The translations under genes were made by a program, and so were the position numbers. Of a stretch of DNA of 64,000 bases, positions 61,123-64,000 are shown in pieces. This DNA is from Octopus sinensis. Lineage: Eukaryota. Below the pieces are notes generated by a model, which was given only the letters and a program-made list of their open reading frames with translations, searched no databases and was not told where the DNA came from. Positions within the stretch are counted from its first letter, which is position 1. The number at the start of each line of letters is the position of its first letter. The DNA lies in contig NC_042997.1 in NCBI RefSeq assembly GCF_006345805.1, positions 127,782,001 through 127,846,000 on the forward strand, in the 5' to 3' direction.

Positions 61123-61537
61123 TTCTCTTTTACTCTTTTACTTGTTTCAGTCATTTGACTGTGGCCATGCTGGAGCACCACCATTAGTCGAGCAAATCGA
61201 CCCCAAGACTTATTCTTTGTGAGTCTAGTACTTAGTCTATCGGACTCTTTTGCCGAACCGCTAAGTTACGGGGACGTAAACACACCAGCATCGGTTGTCA
61301 GCGATGTTGGGGGAACAAACACAGACACACAAACATATACACACACATACATATATATATATATACATATACACGACGGGTTTCTTTCAGTTTCCGTCTA
61401 CCAAATCCACTCACAAGGCTTTGGTCGGCCCGAGGCTATAGTAGAAGACACTTGCCCAAGGTGCCACACAGTGGGACTGAACCCGGAACCATGTGGTTGG
61501 TAAGCAAGCTACTTACCACACAGCCACTCCTACACCT
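61123..61537 (-). mobile_element. SINE family A, full copy
   Basis: (cttttact)n tail through gccactcctacacc. Confidence 0.95.
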
Positions 61538-61843
61538 AATGTTTATATAACATTATTTATTATTATAGTAAGTGGTATCTAGAAATAGCAGCTAAATTTC
61601 TCTGTGGCCATAAAAAGGGTCAATACATTTTACTAGACATAAAAATCGGGATGACCATAGTTTGAATATCTTTTACTACAGGTGTTCTCAAACAGACCTA
61701 AGCTGGAGTTAAACAACGGCAACAACAATACCAACACATCAAAAATTACAACAAAAACACAAACAAAGCATTAAATGAACCGCTTTGTGATTGTGCGACC
61801 TAAATGCGTAGCAGCTAAATCTTTCTCAAATATACAGTACGTA

Positions 61844-62059
61844 CGAGGGATGCTGAAAAATTCTTGGCTTTAATGGTATCGCGAAAGGCCTGGTTGGCGG
61901 CCCAAACTTCTGAGTTCTTTTAATGGTATTAGAAAAACTGAAGGAGCGCTGCAATAAGTACGTGAATCTGAGAGGAGGATATGTTGAATAAAATCATAAT
62001 TGACTGAACCTCCTGTATTTTCTTTTACCCAAAGTCAGGTACTTTTCAGCACCCCCTCG
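61844..62059 (+). mobile_element. 216-bp mariner MITE with TA TSD
   Basis: TA|cgagggatgctgaaaaattcttggcttt...aaagtcaggtacttttcagcaccccctcg|TA; interior matches both ends of the 55805-56986 element. Confidence 0.92.
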
Positions 62060-63101
62060 TAATGTTGTTTAGTCTATGTCTACTCTGACTGAATAGACTA
62101 ATGAGCAAAGGTATTTTATCCGGCCATGACCATTCCGCTTTTACCTCGAACATTATCTGTCTTGGTCTACACTCTCTTTTCAATGTAGTAGGGTGTAATT
62201 TGAAAGTAAATCAGCTATTTCTAGCAGGATACGTAGAGACTCCCTCGTGGCTCATTCGATAGCGAAGTGTTCGTTTCTGAAATAAAGCTGGTTAAATGAC
62301 TCGATACTTTTTTCACCTGATCCAAGAGATGGAAAAATATGTTCTACAGAATGATTTGAACCCAGAACAGTTACATTCCGTAGAATATCCAGTTATCGTT
62401 TGTTATTAAGAACTCATTCGAATGATCCATAAACAAAAACGTTCCCGACGTGACCACCTCATCTTTTCGTAGACCAGGCCATCCAGTATGTTTTCTTGCT
62501 TTTCGTTTTTCTTTGAGTGAATGTCGTGGTTTGAAGGAGATTTGAGATATAGCTGTTATTTCTTCCAAGACGTGGGCTGATATAACTTGTGCTATTTTTA
62601 AGGAATGAAATTGTGACGATTTTATACAGAAAAGGAGATGGTGGATGGAGAGAGGAAAAGAGAAATGATCGAAGATCAGACGGGGGATTGTAATGTTTAT
62701 ACAATTATCGCCAGTATTAGCCATGTCACGGAACAGAAATGTCAAACATAAGAAGACAAAAGGGATGAAACCGTGTTACAAAACAGCCAACACTTACTGC
62801 AATGATTCCACGAAGAACTAATTGTGAAACACTTAGACTTTCGCCTAGAACAAACTTGTGAGGCTTCAGCTTCAGATACGAACTACATGGAATGATATTC
62901 CAAGAGGATGCCACAGAGAAACACATTACCTTACTCCAAAGTCTACTTGTAAAGATCGATACGTCATTTAAAAATAACTATTTCAATCAAACAGATTTCC
63001 TGTGAGTACCATCTCTGCCGGAGAGAAGCTAATAACAGCCAAATCAAAGTCAGGCTGCAATCACGACAGACCGTGTCATTATTGATATTACGGGAAACGT
63101 C

Positions 63102-63203
63102 AAGATGGCGTGGAGTGTCAGTAACAAACCAGAAGATGCACTCCAGAACATCTACCGACACTGCAGAATATTAACAAGCACTATAGAATATCATTCATAT
63201 ATA

Positions 63204-63288
<85 letters not shown>

Positions 63289-63393
63289 TATATATAATGT
63301 GTAGATATATATATATATGTGTATATATATATGTATATATATATGTATATATATACATATATATATATCACATATATATATATATACATATAT

Positions 63394-63450
<57 letters not shown>

Positions 63451-63459
63451 GTATATATA

Positions 63460-63512
<53 letters not shown>

Positions 63513-63598
63513 TGTATTCTATAGTGCTTGTTATTCTGCAGTGTCGGTAGATATTCTGGATGATCTTCTGGTTTGTTACTGACACTCCACGCCATCTT
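63102..63598. repeat. About 500-bp palindrome: unique arms of about 95 bp plus mirrored microsatellite
   Basis: 63102-63197 is nearly the reverse complement of 63508-63598; (GT)n on the left is mirrored by (AC)n on the right. Confidence 0.9.
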
Positions 63599-63599
63599 T

Positions 63600-63646
63600 T
63601 ATATGTATATATACATATATGTATAGGTATGTATATATATTATGAG

Positions 63647-63678
<32 letters not shown>

Positions 63679-63818
63679 TGTTGTATATCTATATGTGTAT
63701 ATCTATGTGTATATATATATGTGTATATATTATATGTATATATATATATGTATATGTATATATTATATGTATATATATATATATGTGATATATTATGTGT
63801 ATATATATATATGTATAT

Positions 63819-63861
<43 letters not shown>

Positions 63862-63990
63862 GGTAATATATATATATATATATATCTATGTATGTGTGTA
63901 TATATTGTGTGTAGATATATATGTATGCGATATGTGTATATATATATATTATATATTATATTATATATATATTATATATATATAATATAT
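63600..63990. repeat. (TA)/(TATG) microsatellite
   Basis: Direct inspection. Confidence 0.95.
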
Positions 63991-64000
63991 CGGCGTGGCT

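Noticed and set aside
62371-63160. 124-aa minus ORF and neighbouring small ORFs
   Set aside because: No motif I can identify; may be a decayed TE. Left unclassified pending HMM search.

Overview
AT-rich, repeat-saturated animal genomic DNA, not prokaryotic. The SINE repertoire (tRNA-derived heads, CORE-like and Deu/Nin-like modules) and the heavy microsatellite load point to an octopod cephalopod, most likely Octopus. This is pattern recognition, not a database result. I find no supportable host protein-coding exon, intact tRNA/rRNA gene or CRISPR array. The ORF track consists of microsatellite translations, SINE read-throughs and decayed transposon ORFs. Contents: about 20 copies of a CORE-type SINE (family A here); more than 20 units of a Deu/Nin-like SINE (family B, including TSD-flanked dimers); several other SINE-like families; LINE remnants (CR1-like 3' end, Tx1/L1-like endonuclease plus 3' end, R4/Dong RLE, probable Penelope); six or more mariner/Tc1 remnants or MITEs; a hAT transposase remnant; a non-autonomous Helitron; hammerhead-like motifs; 5S rRNA and U6 pseudogene fragments; and roughly 8-9 kb of simple repeats by my tally. 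The most interesting signal is a readable retroposon system rather than a new gene cluster. (i) SINE-A shares a 3' stem-loop with the local CR1-like LINE. (ii) SINE-B shares its 3' end with the local Tx1/L1-like LINE and has 12-16 bp TSDs, most beginning AGA. (iii) A fixed heterodimeric SINE-B appears to move as one unit. (iv) Two SINE-A copies carry a Pol III RNA (U6 3' end; 5S) at their 5' end. I cannot judge novelty without database searches. Coordinates of decayed elements are approximate (about +/-20 bp).
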